Origin: an uncultured Verrucomicrobiae bacterium
GTDB taxonomy: Bacteria > Verrucomicrobiota > Verrucomicrobiia > Opitutales > Opitutaceae
Assembly: GCA_963800005.1 (NCBI GenBank)
Contig: CAWCZH010000006.1
Coordinates: 1,690,226 to 1,754,225 of the forward strand
Direction: 5' to 3'
DNA: 64,000 bases
Shown here: positions 1-10,276 of the stretch, one piece after another
Numbering within the stretch: the first letter of the stretch is position 1
Layout of the letters: every line of letters starts with the position of its first letter
Made by a program: the position numbers and the translations under genes
The notes under the pieces: generated by a model
The model's input: only the letters and a program-made list of their open reading frames with translations
Told to the model about the DNA's origin: nothing
The model's database searches: none

Positions 1-18
1 CGGCGGTCGACGCGCTGG

Positions 19-1062
19 TCACGCCAGCTCATCGCGCCGCACGGTCCGGCCGCTTTCGATCGCGAGAACGAGCATCTGGCAGAGCGCCATGACCTCCAGG
101 TTTTGGCGCGCGCTGATCCCGGGCTCGATCCCGTCAACTATATAGCGGTGAAAATCCGCGAGCACGCCGAGTTCCCCGGCCGGCCCCTCAATGGGCACGG
201 CCTGCACGGGGGCCACTCCGAAGTTTTTGGTCGGACGTACGTTGAACTCGATGGTATCCTGCGTCGCGAACAGCGCGCCGCGTTCGCCCTGCAGGCGGAT
301 CCGCAGCTCTGCGCGCGCCGCATCGTGGGTATGTCCATAGACAACGGCGACGCCGCCGAAACGCAGGATCGCCGCAGTGTTGTTCGGATGTTTATAGGCG
401 GACCAGGGCGCGGACGTCCCGATTCCGGTGACCGACTCCGGCCGGCCGAACCAAGAAATCATATTGTCGAAATGGTGACAGCTCATGTCCCAGATCGACG
501 CAAACGGGTAGGAGAGCGTCCGCGGCTCGGGCCGCACCCGGTGCTCTATATAGTCCGCCCAGTAGACCGCGCCAACGTAATCGGCCGCCGCGGGATCCGT
601 CAGCGCTTTATATATTGTGCGCTCCAACGGCCGGTAACGGTAATTCTGCGCGACGCACACCCGGCTGCCGGTCCGTTGGACCTCGGAGACGAGACCGGTG
701 GCGGACGCCCAATCTGGCGCCATGCCTTTTTCCGTCAGCACCGCCAGTCCCGCAGCGATCGCGGCGCGGGTGTAGGGTACGTGCGTCACGGTGGGCGTGC
801 AGATAATCAGCGCGTCCGCCGCCACGCTCCGAATCATCGCATCCAAATCGCTAAAGCAAGCCGTCGCCGGCACTCCTGTGAGCGCTCGGGCCGCCGCGAG
901 ACTTTCCGCCTGCGTGTCGCACAGACCCACCGGCTGGAAGCCCACCTCGGGTCGGCATAGCTGGACGGGCCACAAACCGCGGCCACCGACACCCACGTGC
1001 AACGTTCGAAGAACTTTTCCCATTCGGGATCCGAGTGGAACCCACTTGCGCGGCGGCGTCAA
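19..1062 (-). CDS. Gfo/Idh/MocA family NAD(P)-dependent oxidoreductase
   Basis: 347-aa ORF with an N-terminal Rossmann dinucleotide-binding signature (LHVGVGGRG...) and overall Gfo/Idh/MocA-like layout. The true start may be the internal MGKVL about 13 codons downstream. Confidence 0.8.
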   Translation of the reverse strand: MTPPRKWVPLGSRMGKVLRTLHVGVGGRGLWPVQLCRPEVGFQPVGLCDTQAESLAAARALTGVPATACFSDLDAMIRSVAADALIICTPTVTHVPYTRAAIAAGLAVLTEKGMAPDWASATGLVSEVQRTGSRVCVAQNYRYRPLERTIYKALTDPAAADYVGAVYWADYIEHRVRPEPRTLSYPFASIWDMSCHHFDNMISWFGRPESVTGIGTSAPWSAYKHPNNTAAILRFGGVAVVYGHTHDAARAELRIRLQGERGALFATQDTIEFNVRPTKNFGVAPVQAVPIEGPAGELGVLADFHRYIVDGIEPGISARQNLEVMALCQMLVLAIESGRTVRRDELA

Positions 1063-1089
1063 ACCACGGCGCGTTCGCCTCTCTTCGGT

Positions 1090-1347
1090 CTAGCGGTGTC
1101 CGCCGAGTAATCTCGCCGGCAAAAATAACACCGCCTTGAGAAACGCCAGCAATGCTTCGGCGACCACGCCAACGATACGAAACGGGATCGAAAGCAACCA
1201 GAGGAGCGGCCAGAGCACGACAGCCAGCAGCGCCAGCGGCCAGCATAGCACCAACAGAAGCGTCCAACACAGCAAGGCGATCAGGGTTCTCATGGCAGCG
1301 ACGAATTTTGGGGAGGATTCTTCACGCTCAGAGAACCCCGCACACAA
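1090..1347 (-). CDS. Small hydrophobic membrane protein (hypothetical)
   Basis: 85-aa ORF made of two strongly hydrophobic L/W-rich helices (MRTLIALLCWTLLLVLCWPLALLAVVLWPLLWLL). No family recognised. Confidence 0.35.
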   Translation of the reverse strand: MCAGFSEREESSPKFVAAMRTLIALLCWTLLLVLCWPLALLAVVLWPLLWLLSIPFRIVGVVAEALLAFLKAVLFLPARLLGGHR

Positions 1348-1643
1348 AGAAAAGTTGCGTCGGTCCAGCCGAGCTTCCTTCGACTTGCTCGCCGTCCGTC
1401 TAACGGGCCGACGCTCTCACCAACAGACGCGAAAAATCGATCTATATTTGGATATACAGTGCCGATGATCGCTTCGAACCCGGACTGATGCCCGTGTATA
1501 CGGCCAAGTATATAGGTTAACACGCACGGCCGACTGAGCCCCGCGCGGCAATCGTACGGCTCCGGCGTGATCCAGCAGCCGTGGCCGCCCCCGATTTTCA
1601 GCGCAGGCTCGCCGTTCCAACCAGTTCCCTTCATCAAAGTCCG

Positions 1644-3092
1644 ATGCGCCGCCTCATCATTCCGCCGCTGACCCAGCTTCCGAATTTCGCCGGTGTTCTC
1701 CTCGCCGCTTGCATCGTGGCCTCAGCTCCGGCCGCGCCCGCCGACGCCGATCGCGGGGCGGCGATTCTCGCGGTCACCCCGCGCACCGATCTCCCGCCAG
1801 AGGCCGACGACCCGATGCGGCCGGCACACCTGCGAATGCTGAAATCGAAAGTGTGGGTCGACGACGCCGGGATCGACGACGTCGGCAATATATATAACCA
1901 GTACCGGCGCTCCTCGCTCGGCACGTGGAGCAATTACGACGAGTCGAAGGCCGACCCTTTTCCACTGCTGCCGGACCCCCTCGTGCTGAAGAACGGCTCG
2001 CGCGTGACCGACGCGGCGACGTGGTGGAGTCAGCGTCGTCCGGAGATCCTCGCGGATTTCTATACCGAGATATATGGTCACATTCCGGCCGAAACGCCGC
2101 GGATCACCTGGGAAGTGACGTCAAAGACCGACGACGGCACGGTGAAAACGCAGACCATCATCGGGCACATCGACAACGCCTCGTATCCCGCCGCCACGCC
2201 GGAGATCTATATGAAACTCTCGCTGCCCTCTCACGCCGCGGGCCCCGTCCCGGTCATCGTGAACGTGTCCGGCGCCGGGGCGACCGCGCCCACGCCGCGC
2301 CCGGCCGGATCGGCGGCGACGCCGAGCCGCGCGCCCGCCGGACCGAGCCCGCTCGAGCAGGTGCTCCAGCGCGGATGGGGCTACGCTGTATATAGCACGG
2401 GAGCCGTCCAGGCCGACAACGGCGGGGGTCTCACCGCGGGTATCATCGGGCTCGTCAACCACGGCGAGCCGCGTCGAGATCCCGCCGAGTGGGGCGTGCT
2501 CTCGGCCTGGACGTGGGGGCTCAGTCGCGCGATTGATTATTTTGCCACGGATCCAGAGGTCGATCCGAAGCGACTCGGAATCGAGGGCCACTCGCGTTGG
2601 GGCAAGACCGCCCTCTGGGCCGCCGCGCAGGATGAGCGGTGGGCGATTGTATATGCGAGCTGCTCAGGTGAGGGCGGCGCGAAGCTCTTCCGGCGAAACT
2701 TCGGCGAAACCACGGATAATATAGCCAATTCCCACTGGATGGCGGAGAACTTCAAAAAGTATGCGGGACACTGGAACAATCTCCCCGTCGATTCGCACGA
2801 GCTCATCGCCCTCATTGCCCCTCGACCCGTGTTTGTCACGGGCGCCACGCAGGACCCGTGGTCGGACCCGCACGGCGAGTTCCTCGCGGTCGTCGCCGCC
2901 GGCCCCGTTTACCGGCTCCTCGGGAAAAAGGACGTCGGCGTGCCGGAAATGCCCGCCCCGAACGTCGCCCGCGTCGACGGCGATCTCGCGTTCCGCGAAC
3001 ATATCGGCGCGCATACCGACGTGCCCGACTGGCCGGTTTTCCTCGACTATGCGTCGCGCTGTTTCGCGAAGCCCCTGCCGGCGCTGCGTTGA
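1644..3092 (+). CDS. Secreted alpha/beta-hydrolase, glucuronoyl-esterase (CE15)-like
   Basis: The ORF 1581..3092 has an internal start MRRLIIPPL followed by a signal-peptide-like segment. The C-terminal half carries GHSRWGKTALWAAAQDE, resembling the CE15 G-C-S-R-x-G nucleophile motif with H in place of C, and has an alpha/beta hydrolase layout. Confidence 0.55.
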   Translation: MRRLIIPPLTQLPNFAGVLLAACIVASAPAAPADADRGAAILAVTPRTDLPPEADDPMRPAHLRMLKSKVWVDDAGIDDVGNIYNQYRRSSLGTWSNYDESKADPFPLLPDPLVLKNGSRVTDAATWWSQRRPEILADFYTEIYGHIPAETPRITWEVTSKTDDGTVKTQTIIGHIDNASYPAATPEIYMKLSLPSHAAGPVPVIVNVSGAGATAPTPRPAGSAATPSRAPAGPSPLEQVLQRGWGYAVYSTGAVQADNGGGLTAGIIGLVNHGEPRRDPAEWGVLSAWTWGLSRAIDYFATDPEVDPKRLGIEGHSRWGKTALWAAAQDERWAIVYASCSGEGGAKLFRRNFGETTDNIANSHWMAENFKKYAGHWNNLPVDSHELIALIAPRPVFVTGATQDPWSDPHGEFLAVVAAGPVYRLLGKKDVGVPEMPAPNVARVDGDLAFREHIGAHTDVPDWPVFLDYASRCFAKPLPALR

Positions 3093-3197
3093 AATGTCCC
3101 ATGAGGGGCGTCGCGTGCTCGCCAGCTATATAGCACTATATAGACTACGGTGCGCATCCCGTCTCGATTCTCGGTGCCGCGGAACTGCTGCCGATAT

Positions 3198-3863
3198 ATG
3201 AAATGGGCCCCGGTGCGCCTCGCGCTCGCGCTGCTCGCGGGCGCCGCTGGCCTGGCGAGTCGCGGCGGAGGCTTCGAGCTGCTGGTGAATAAGTCTCCCA
3301 TTACGATCGAGCACGTCACGCTCGACCCGGCGCATCCCACCCTGGGCGCGCCTGCACTCGTGCCGCCGGAGGCGGGGGTGTGCCGGAGCGAGTTTCACTG
3401 CGAGAGTTCCGTAAAACTCGAATCCGGCCCCCCGCGCGCTGGGACGCAGCAGCCGGGAGCTATATATATCCGATCAGCCACGGTGAACCTGCGGCTGGCG
3501 ATCACGATTTGGATGCCCATGGACGCGACGCCGAAAATTGTCGCCCATGAGGAGGGCCACCGGGCCATCGCGGAGTTTTATTATCGTGCGGGAGAATCGA
3601 TCCTCCGCGGCGCGGCAGACGACCTGGCGCGGGGTGAGCCGAAGCTTCTATCGACGGAGTCGAACGCGAGCATGCCGGCGTTCGTTCACCTCTGGCACGG
3701 CGCGCTGCTTGAACGCTATCTCGCGGGAACATCTCGCCGCTGCGAGATGGCGCAGGCACGCTACGATGCGATCACCGCGCACGGCACGAACGCCATCCCA
3801 GAGGAAAAAGCCATGGCTCAGGCGATCGCCGAGGAGCAGATGGTCTGGTCGAAGCGGAAATAG
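3198..3863 (+). CDS. Hypothetical secreted protein with HExxH motif (possible small zinc metallopeptidase)
   Basis: Start MKWAPVRLALALLAGAAGLA looks like a signal peptide. An internal VAHEEGHRAI sequence contains an HExxH motif. No family recognised by eye. Confidence 0.45.
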   Translation: MKWAPVRLALALLAGAAGLASRGGGFELLVNKSPITIEHVTLDPAHPTLGAPALVPPEAGVCRSEFHCESSVKLESGPPRAGTQQPGAIYIRSATVNLRLAITIWMPMDATPKIVAHEEGHRAIAEFYYRAGESILRGAADDLARGEPKLLSTESNASMPAFVHLWHGALLERYLAGTSRRCEMAQARYDAITAHGTNAIPEEKAMAQAIAEEQMVWSKRK

Positions 3864-4090
3864 CGACGCCATATACGAGGGACCGAGGCTGGGCTGCTCT
3901 TCGAAACGTCGGCGCCCTGTCGCGGCCCGCCTGGCCCGGGTCGGCCGACGAAGCGCGCTTCGCCCGAAGCCGTCACGCCGGCGACTCGTCGGGGCGTCAT
4001 ATGCATGTATGCATATATGATAACGGCGGGCGAAGCAGTATATATAGCCATGCGCGAGGCGGAGAACCCCTCGCGACCCGCCGCCGGGCG

Positions 4091-5587
4091 TCACGCCTCG
4101 GGCTCGATGAGGCTGGATTCACGCAGGTCGAGTTCGCGCTCCAGCCTCCGATAGTTTTCCGTCGAGAGGTTGCCGTGCTGGAAAACTCGCGCGAGTTCGG
4201 CGCGCTCTCGTTTAAGCGACTCGCGCGTAAACGGCGCCGCGGCTTTTGAATCCATTTCGCCCACGGTTCCGGCCCGCCGGATTCGTTCGCGGGTCCGCGC
4301 GAGTTCTGCAGCGTGACGTTCCGTTTCGCGCCGGTAATCGTCCGACATCCCGAGCAGCGACAGCACCCAGGGCAGGCTGAGTCCCTGCACGATCAAGGTC
4401 GCGAGCACGACGGAGAACGTGAGAAAAACAATGAGTTGTTTCTGCTCGCTTGTGATCCCGTTGCTGCCCGTGGGAATGATCAGCGCCGCCGCGATCGAGA
4501 TCGCGCCCCGCATGCCGCTCCACGCAACGAGGAACGGTTGCTGCCACGGTGGATAGGGATCGTCCTGGCGTACGCTTCGGAGCAGCAGCCGCGGTAGATA
4601 GGCCGCCGGATATACCCAGAGAAACCTCCCCGCGACGACGGTCAGCGTGACAACGATCCCCGCGCGCGCGAGGAACCCCGGCGAGAAGTGCGAGAGCGAC
4701 CGAATCATCGGGAGTGTATTAAACCCGGCCCACAAAAAAAGCAGGCTCTCCAGGAGCAGTGCGAGCACCCGCCAGACGGACGAGCCCAGGATGCGCGACT
4801 CGGGACGCGTGTCGCGCGAGCGGTTTTGCCCAATATAGAATCCGAGCACCGCGGTGGCGAGCACGCCCGAGCCGCCCGCCGCGGCCGCGGGTATATACGC
4901 GAGAAACGGACTGATGAGTGACACCAGCACCTCGAGCTCGGCATCTTGCAACCGCCTGCGAATCGCGGTGAGTATATAGCCGAGCAGGGCGCCATAGAGC
5001 GACTCCCCGATCACCACAGCCGCGAATGAGCCGACTGACCGCCACGCGGAGAACGTATGCGTCGCCGCGGCGATGATCGCGAACTTCAGCAGCGTCAGCG
5101 CCATCGCATCATTGAACAGGCCCTCGCCCGATAGCACCGTGACGATGCGCCGCGGGATCGGCAGCTCCGGCGCGACTGAGACGAGCGCTATATCATCCGG
5201 CGGTGCGAGTGCGGCCCCGATGATGACGCCGAGCACCCAAGGCAGCCCGAGCAACTTCTGGCAGCACCAAGCGACGACGAACGTGATAAAAACTACGTGG
5301 CCGACCGACAGAAGCACGATCGGCCGCAGATTTCTGCGCAGGTCGCGCCAGTGCACGGAAATCGACGTTTGATATACGAGCAGCGGAAGAAATAGGAACA
5401 GCACGATGCCTGGCGTGATCTGCAGGCGCGGCACGCCGGGAATCCAGCCGAGGCCAACGCCGACCAGCACGAGCGCGAGTGGCAGCGGGATGCCGCGCCG
5501 GCGCACGAGCAGAGCCACGGGAACGATCGTCGAAATCAGCGCGACGATCAGCACGAGCTGCGTGACCATATTACCCTCCGGTGGCAC
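4091..5587 (-). CDS. nhaP: Na+/H+ antiporter, CPA1 (NhaP-type)
   Basis: 498 aa with a multi-pass hydrophobic N-terminal domain typical of Na+/H+ exchangers and a charged cytoplasmic C-terminal tail. Confidence 0.85.
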   Translation of the reverse strand: MPPEGNMVTQLVLIVALISTIVPVALLVRRRGIPLPLALVLVGVGLGWIPGVPRLQITPGIVLFLFLPLLVYQTSISVHWRDLRRNLRPIVLLSVGHVVFITFVVAWCCQKLLGLPWVLGVIIGAALAPPDDIALVSVAPELPIPRRIVTVLSGEGLFNDAMALTLLKFAIIAAATHTFSAWRSVGSFAAVVIGESLYGALLGYILTAIRRRLQDAELEVLVSLISPFLAYIPAAAAGGSGVLATAVLGFYIGQNRSRDTRPESRILGSSVWRVLALLLESLLFLWAGFNTLPMIRSLSHFSPGFLARAGIVVTLTVVAGRFLWVYPAAYLPRLLLRSVRQDDPYPPWQQPFLVAWSGMRGAISIAAALIIPTGSNGITSEQKQLIVFLTFSVVLATLIVQGLSLPWVLSLLGMSDDYRRETERHAAELARTRERIRRAGTVGEMDSKAAAPFTRESLKRERAELARVFQHGNLSTENYRRLERELDLRESSLIEPEA

Positions 5588-5646
5588 CGCCCAACGGACC
5601 GCAAGATTGGCAGCGGGTTACCACCGCCGAACCGCTATATGAAATA

Positions 5647-6561
5647 TCAACGCGCGCGCCCCGCGACCGCCGCGGTTGCCGGTGCGGGCAGCTGCAACAA
5701 CCGTCGCGCCTCGAACCCCTGGTGACGTTTGAAGGCGCGGCTGAAATCGTTCGCGTGTTTATATCCCAGGGCGAACGCCACGGACTTTACCGAAGCGGCG
5801 TCGCGCTGGAGCTGCTCGGCGGCGCTTCGCATCCGCCAGTCCAGCAGATAATCGCGCGGACTTTTTCCCGCGTGCGTCTGGAATAAACGTTTCAACGAGG
5901 CCGCCGAGACCTGAAGATATTCGCCTGCACGCTCGACGGGCTTTTCATCCGCGAGGTGGTTGCGCAAATATTCGACCGCGAGTTTGAAACGGATTTCCCC
6001 ATCCGCGGCATGGCTGTGTTCACGCGCGTCGAGCAGGCAGAGATCGAGTGCGATGCGGGCGGCGCGCAACTCGAGCATGCTTCGCTCGCTCGCCACTGCG
6101 ACTGCGCGATGACACTCCGCGTTGAGCGCGGTGAGGCGGCGCAACTGAGCCGGACCGAGGTGCAGCCGCAAATAGGCTCCTGAAGCCGGTTGCAGGGCCG
6201 AGTGCGTCGGCGGTGCACGCCAGATCCAAGTTAAAATCCGGCACCGCTTGCGGGGCTCGTCCGCGTGCCCGACGGCGCAATCGGGATGCGCGACGAAGAC
6301 GAACCCGGGTCGCGCGCGAATTTTCTGGCCGCCGATAATAACGATGGGCGTGCCTTCGAGCGTCACAAAATAATGCCAGCCTTCATGCACGGAAGGCTCG
6401 ATCGGCGCGGTGCCGTACCACCGTGAACCCCACGAAAGATAACTCAGCTCGAACCCCAGCTCAGAGCCGGAGTGCTGCGCGGGCAGCCAGTGCGGCCGGC
6501 CTGCGGGGGCGAGGTGCAGCTTCCGTTTCGCCCCTAAATCGCCCATTTTAGCAAGTAGCAT
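5647..6561 (-). CDS. AraC family transcriptional regulator (cupin N-domain + HTH)
   Basis: The C-terminus carries the AraC-type HTH signature (...VAFALGYKHANDFSRAFKRHQG...). The N-terminal region has a cupin-like effector domain. It is transcribed divergently from the CoA-transferase operon. Confidence 0.85.
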   Translation of the reverse strand: MLLAKMGDLGAKRKLHLAPAGRPHWLPAQHSGSELGFELSYLSWGSRWYGTAPIEPSVHEGWHYFVTLEGTPIVIIGGQKIRARPGFVFVAHPDCAVGHADEPRKRCRILTWIWRAPPTHSALQPASGAYLRLHLGPAQLRRLTALNAECHRAVAVASERSMLELRAARIALDLCLLDAREHSHAADGEIRFKLAVEYLRNHLADEKPVERAGEYLQVSAASLKRLFQTHAGKSPRDYLLDWRMRSAAEQLQRDAASVKSVAFALGYKHANDFSRAFKRHQGFEARRLLQLPAPATAAVAGRAR

Positions 6562-6766
6562 AATCGCTCACTTTGAGGGAATGCTAGTCGTTGCCAGTTT
6601 TCAACCCGTTTCTCGGAGTGCATATCGTCAGGAGCTTTCCCATGAGTCTCCCTATGCCCCAGTTCATTCTCGTTACCGAGGCTATTATAAATGGTTCATA
6701 TAGTCTGGCCAGTATATACACGTCCGGAACGTCCACAGGTGTGATTGCTCGCGACTGCGCCAGCCG

Positions 6767-8308
6767 ATGAAACCAATCGCCACACGTCAGAAGGTGATCT
6801 CGGCGGACGAGGCGGCGAACCTGGTCCCGGACCGCGCCGCGGTCGCGATCCATGGCTCCGGTGGCGGCATCGGTGAGCCGACCGCCGTCCTCCGCGCGAT
6901 TCGCGCGCGCTTCGAGCGCGAGCAGGCGCCGGCGGGCCTCACGCTTATACACTCGACGGGCTTGGGTGATCGCAACCAGACCGGCACGGATCTGCTCGCG
7001 CTCCCGGGCCTCGTGGCGGTGGATATAGCGGGCCACCTCGGGATGGCGCCGGTGCTCGGCCGGATGATTCGCGAGAACCAGGTCGCCTGCTATAATCTTC
7101 CGCAGGGCGTGATCTCGCATCTGTTTCGCGCGACTGCCGCACGCCAGCCGGGCGTTTTCACAAAGACCGGCCTGCATACGTTTGTGGATCCCCGCCTCGA
7201 GGGCGGACGCTTCAACCGGCTCGCGGATCGCGAGCTCGTGAAGCTGCGCGAAGTCGACGGCGAGGAGTGGTTGTTCTATCCGCGACTGTCGATCGATGTC
7301 GCGATCATCCGCGGCACCACGGCGGATACGAAAGGCAATATATCGTCCGAGGACGAGGCTGCGACCGTGGACGCCATCTCGATTGCTCAGGCGGCGAAGG
7401 CGTGCGGCGGCATTGTGATCGCGCAGGTCAAGCGTCTGGCCGAGCCGGGCGCGCTCGATCCGCGACTCGTCGGGGTGCCCGGAGTTTCCGTCGACTATAT
7501 AGTGGTCGAGCCCGCGCAGAAGCAGACCTGCCGGGCGGAATATGACGGCTCGCTCACGGGGGCGGCACGGATCTCGTTCGACAGCCTGCCGAAGTTGGCG
7601 GCGGGGGAACGCCGCGTCGTCGCGCGCCGCGCGGCCGCGGAGCTTTTTCCGGGCGCCGCGATCAACGTTGGTTTTGGCATGCCGGACGGCATCGCGCCAG
7701 TGGCTGCGGAGCTCGGATTGCTCGAGGCGTTGACGTTCACCATCGAGCAGGGGCTCGTCGGCGGTTTGCCCGCGGGCGGGATCACGTTTGGTGTCAGCCA
7801 CAATCCGGAAGCGCGCATCCTGCAGTCGTCGCAATTTGATTATTACGACAGCGGTGCGCTCGACCTCGCATTCCTCGGGCTCGCGCAGGTCGATGCGCAG
7901 GGCAATGTGAACGTGAGCAAGTGTGGCGAGCTCTATGCCGGGTGCGGTGGCTTTATTAATATATCGCAGAACGCGCGGAAGGTCGTTTTTTGCGGGACGT
8001 TCACCGCGAAGGGGACGCGGCTGAACATCGGCGGCGGGCGCCTCGCGATTGCGCAGGAGGGGACGGTGCGGAAATTTGTGCGACAGGTGGAGCAGGTCAC
8101 CTATAGCGGCGCGTATGCGCGGCGGCGCGGCCAGCCGGCATTGTATATAACGGAGCGCGCCGTTTTCAGCCTCGAGGCCGATGGTCTCGTGCTTCGCGAA
8201 ATCGCCCCGGGTGTGGACCTCCAGCGCGATATATTAAGCCAGATGGAATTTGCGCCGCTCGTGGCGCCGGATCTGCGGACCATGGATGCCGCCCTGTTCG
8301 ACGCATGA
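6767..8308 (+). CDS. Acyl-CoA:acetate/propionate CoA-transferase (family I, Pct/YdiF-like)
   Basis: 513 aa with the glycine-rich fused alpha/beta subunit architecture of propionate/acetate CoA-transferases (…AIHGSGGGIGEP…, …GFGMPDGIA…). Confidence 0.75.
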   Translation: MKPIATRQKVISADEAANLVPDRAAVAIHGSGGGIGEPTAVLRAIRARFEREQAPAGLTLIHSTGLGDRNQTGTDLLALPGLVAVDIAGHLGMAPVLGRMIRENQVACYNLPQGVISHLFRATAARQPGVFTKTGLHTFVDPRLEGGRFNRLADRELVKLREVDGEEWLFYPRLSIDVAIIRGTTADTKGNISSEDEAATVDAISIAQAAKACGGIVIAQVKRLAEPGALDPRLVGVPGVSVDYIVVEPAQKQTCRAEYDGSLTGAARISFDSLPKLAAGERRVVARRAAAELFPGAAINVGFGMPDGIAPVAAELGLLEALTFTIEQGLVGGLPAGGITFGVSHNPEARILQSSQFDYYDSGALDLAFLGLAQVDAQGNVNVSKCGELYAGCGGFINISQNARKVVFCGTFTAKGTRLNIGGGRLAIAQEGTVRKFVRQVEQVTYSGAYARRRGQPALYITERAVFSLEADGLVLREIAPGVDLQRDILSQMEFAPLVAPDLRTMDAALFDA

Positions 8309-9069
8309 GCACGACGCTTGACCTCAGGGTACGCGACGAAGTGGCGACGTTCACGCTGGTGCCGGACGAGGGACGGCCGACTACGCTCGACCACGCGGTC
8401 CTCGGCCAGTTTGACGCCAGCCTCGATGCGCTCGAGGCCGGGAGTGGGGTGCGCGTGCTCTATATACGGAGTGCCAGCCCGAAATATTTTTGCGTCGGGG
8501 CCAACCTCGAGGTGCTCCGTTCCGTCTCCGCGGCGACGATTGGCCACTGGCTCGAGCACGGACAGCGGGTTTTCGACCGCATCGAGGCGCTGCCGATTCC
8601 CACCGTGGCGCGAGTCGAAGGCTACGCGTTGGGCGGCGGTCTCGAACTGGCGCTGGCCTGCGATCTGATTTTCGCCAGCGAGGCCGCCCAGTTCGGCCAG
8701 ACCGAAGCGAAGCTGGGATTTATTCCGGGCTGGGGCGGATCGTGGCGGCTGCCGCGTCGAATCGGTGCAGCGCGGGCGAGAATGCTGTTCTATACAGGCC
8801 GAATGATTCCGGCGCGCGCGGGGGAAGCCTCGGGATTGGCTGATTTCGTTGGCAGCGCCGAGGCGCTCGAGCAGGAATGCACCAACGTCGCGTCGGCGAT
8901 CCGGGGTGTGAGTGCAGTCGCGCTGGCGGAATATAAAACGCTGCTCGCATCCTCGAGCGGCCGCACGCCGGCGGACGCCGGCCGCGCAGAAATTCTGGCG
9001 TCGGGAAAATGCGTCGCCGCACCCGACACCGCCGAACGACTCCGGGCTTTCTTCGCGCGCAAGAAATGA
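8305..9069 (+). CDS. Enoyl-CoA hydratase/isomerase (crotonase family)
   Basis: Crotonase-fold motifs are present (FCVGANL, GYALGGGLELALACDLIFASE, GFIPGWGG). The gene overlaps the upstream CoA-transferase by 4 bp (ATGA), so the two are very likely co-transcribed. Confidence 0.85.
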   Translation: MSTTLDLRVRDEVATFTLVPDEGRPTTLDHAVLGQFDASLDALEAGSGVRVLYIRSASPKYFCVGANLEVLRSVSAATIGHWLEHGQRVFDRIEALPIPTVARVEGYALGGGLELALACDLIFASEAAQFGQTEAKLGFIPGWGGSWRLPRRIGAARARMLFYTGRMIPARAGEASGLADFVGSAEALEQECTNVASAIRGVSAVALAEYKTLLASSSGRTPADAGRAEILASGKCVAAPDTAERLRAFFARKK

Positions 9070-9401
9070 CCGTGGGCTCGCTTCGACCGGGGGACGCGAT
9101 CGCGAGCACGAACACGATCACGATGCAAACGCCGCTATATCGTAAAGTATATAGCGTTCATCAGACACGGGGCGAACGCGCGGGCAACGTCCGGCGCGCG
9201 GCCGCGTCACTCCGGCCACCAGTCGCAGAACGCTGTGGTGCAGTCCGGGCGGCGATTTGCTACAGTGTATACCGACCACGGTATATAGCGATAGCTGACG
9301 GCCCGTATGGTCGCCGCGTTTATCTAAAGGATGGTAATGACCGGCGCTTTGCCGCGTTGGCTTACGGCCGCGTCTCGCGGCTACTCGTCGACACCGTCTT
9401 C

Positions 9402-10085
9402 TCACCAGGCGATGGGCTCGCCTTTATAGTCGAGAAAGCTGCCGCTGTCTTGAGGCGTCAGCCGGGTGATCACCCGGATCAGCCCGGCGGCGGAATCGTG
9501 GGCGGATGTCGGAGCTTGGGCTCCGCCCATGTCGGTCTTCACCCAGCCCGGGCTCAGCGCGACGACGATGATATTGTCGCTGCGCAGCTCGGCGGCGACG
9601 GTGCGCATCGCCATGTTGAGAGCGGCCTTCGACATCCGGTACGCGAGGGAGCCGCCGTCGGATTCGGCAATCGAGCCCAGCCGCGAACTGATGCTCGCGA
9701 CCTTCGCTCCCGTGGCCTGCCGCAGCCGCGGAAGCAGCGCCTGCGTCACCCGCAGAGCGCCGAGCGCGTTGACGTTGAGGATGGTTTCAAACTCGGCCAG
9801 CTTCGCCGTTTCGAAGGTCGGGCGGCCGAGGCTGATCCCGGCGTTGTTGATTAATATATCGGCCGGCGCGTCGATGGCCGCGGCGAATGCCTGCGCGCTC
9901 GCGAGGGACGCGACATCGCACGGGAGCACGTGCAACCGGCCCGCGGATTCGCGTTCCAACTGGGCGAGCTCACCGGTCGCAGGCTCGGTCCGAACGCCCG
10001 CGAACACGTGGTCACCGCGCCCTATATATTGTCGGGCCAGCTCGAGTCCGATGCCGCGATTTGCCCCGGTGATGACGACGTTCAT
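9402..10085 (-). CDS. Short-chain dehydrogenase/reductase (SDR)
   Basis: N-terminal TGANRGIG cofactor-binding motif and typical SDR length (227 aa). Confidence 0.85.
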   Translation of the reverse strand: MNVVITGANRGIGLELARQYIGRGDHVFAGVRTEPATGELAQLERESAGRLHVLPCDVASLASAQAFAAAIDAPADILINNAGISLGRPTFETAKLAEFETILNVNALGALRVTQALLPRLRQATGAKVASISSRLGSIAESDGGSLAYRMSKAALNMAMRTVAAELRSDNIIVVALSPGWVKTDMGGAQAPTSAHDSAAGLIRVITRLTPQDSGSFLDYKGEPIAW

Positions 10086-10276
10086 GCGAAAACGGGCACC
10101 GCCCGCGGCGGGAAGGCAAGTCGCGACGGACAGATTACGCCAGTTTGTAGCGACTCTCCGGTGATGACGCGGCGCGGAAAATGAGCCGCCTCACAGTTAC
10201 GTATACTATACCTGTGTATATATATGAATGTGTACATTCCGGCGAATAGCGTATTCGGCTTGGATATCCGGCGGTT

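Noticed and set aside
103-960. Long Arg/Ala/Pro-rich ORFs antisense to or overlapping confident genes (e.g. 103..960+, 2858..3133+, 22375..22926-, 38788..39726+, 46866..47726-, 49970..51382+)
   Set aside because: Typical high-GC shadow ORFs: extreme R/A/P/G composition, no motifs, and fully overlapped by genes with clear family signatures on the other strand.
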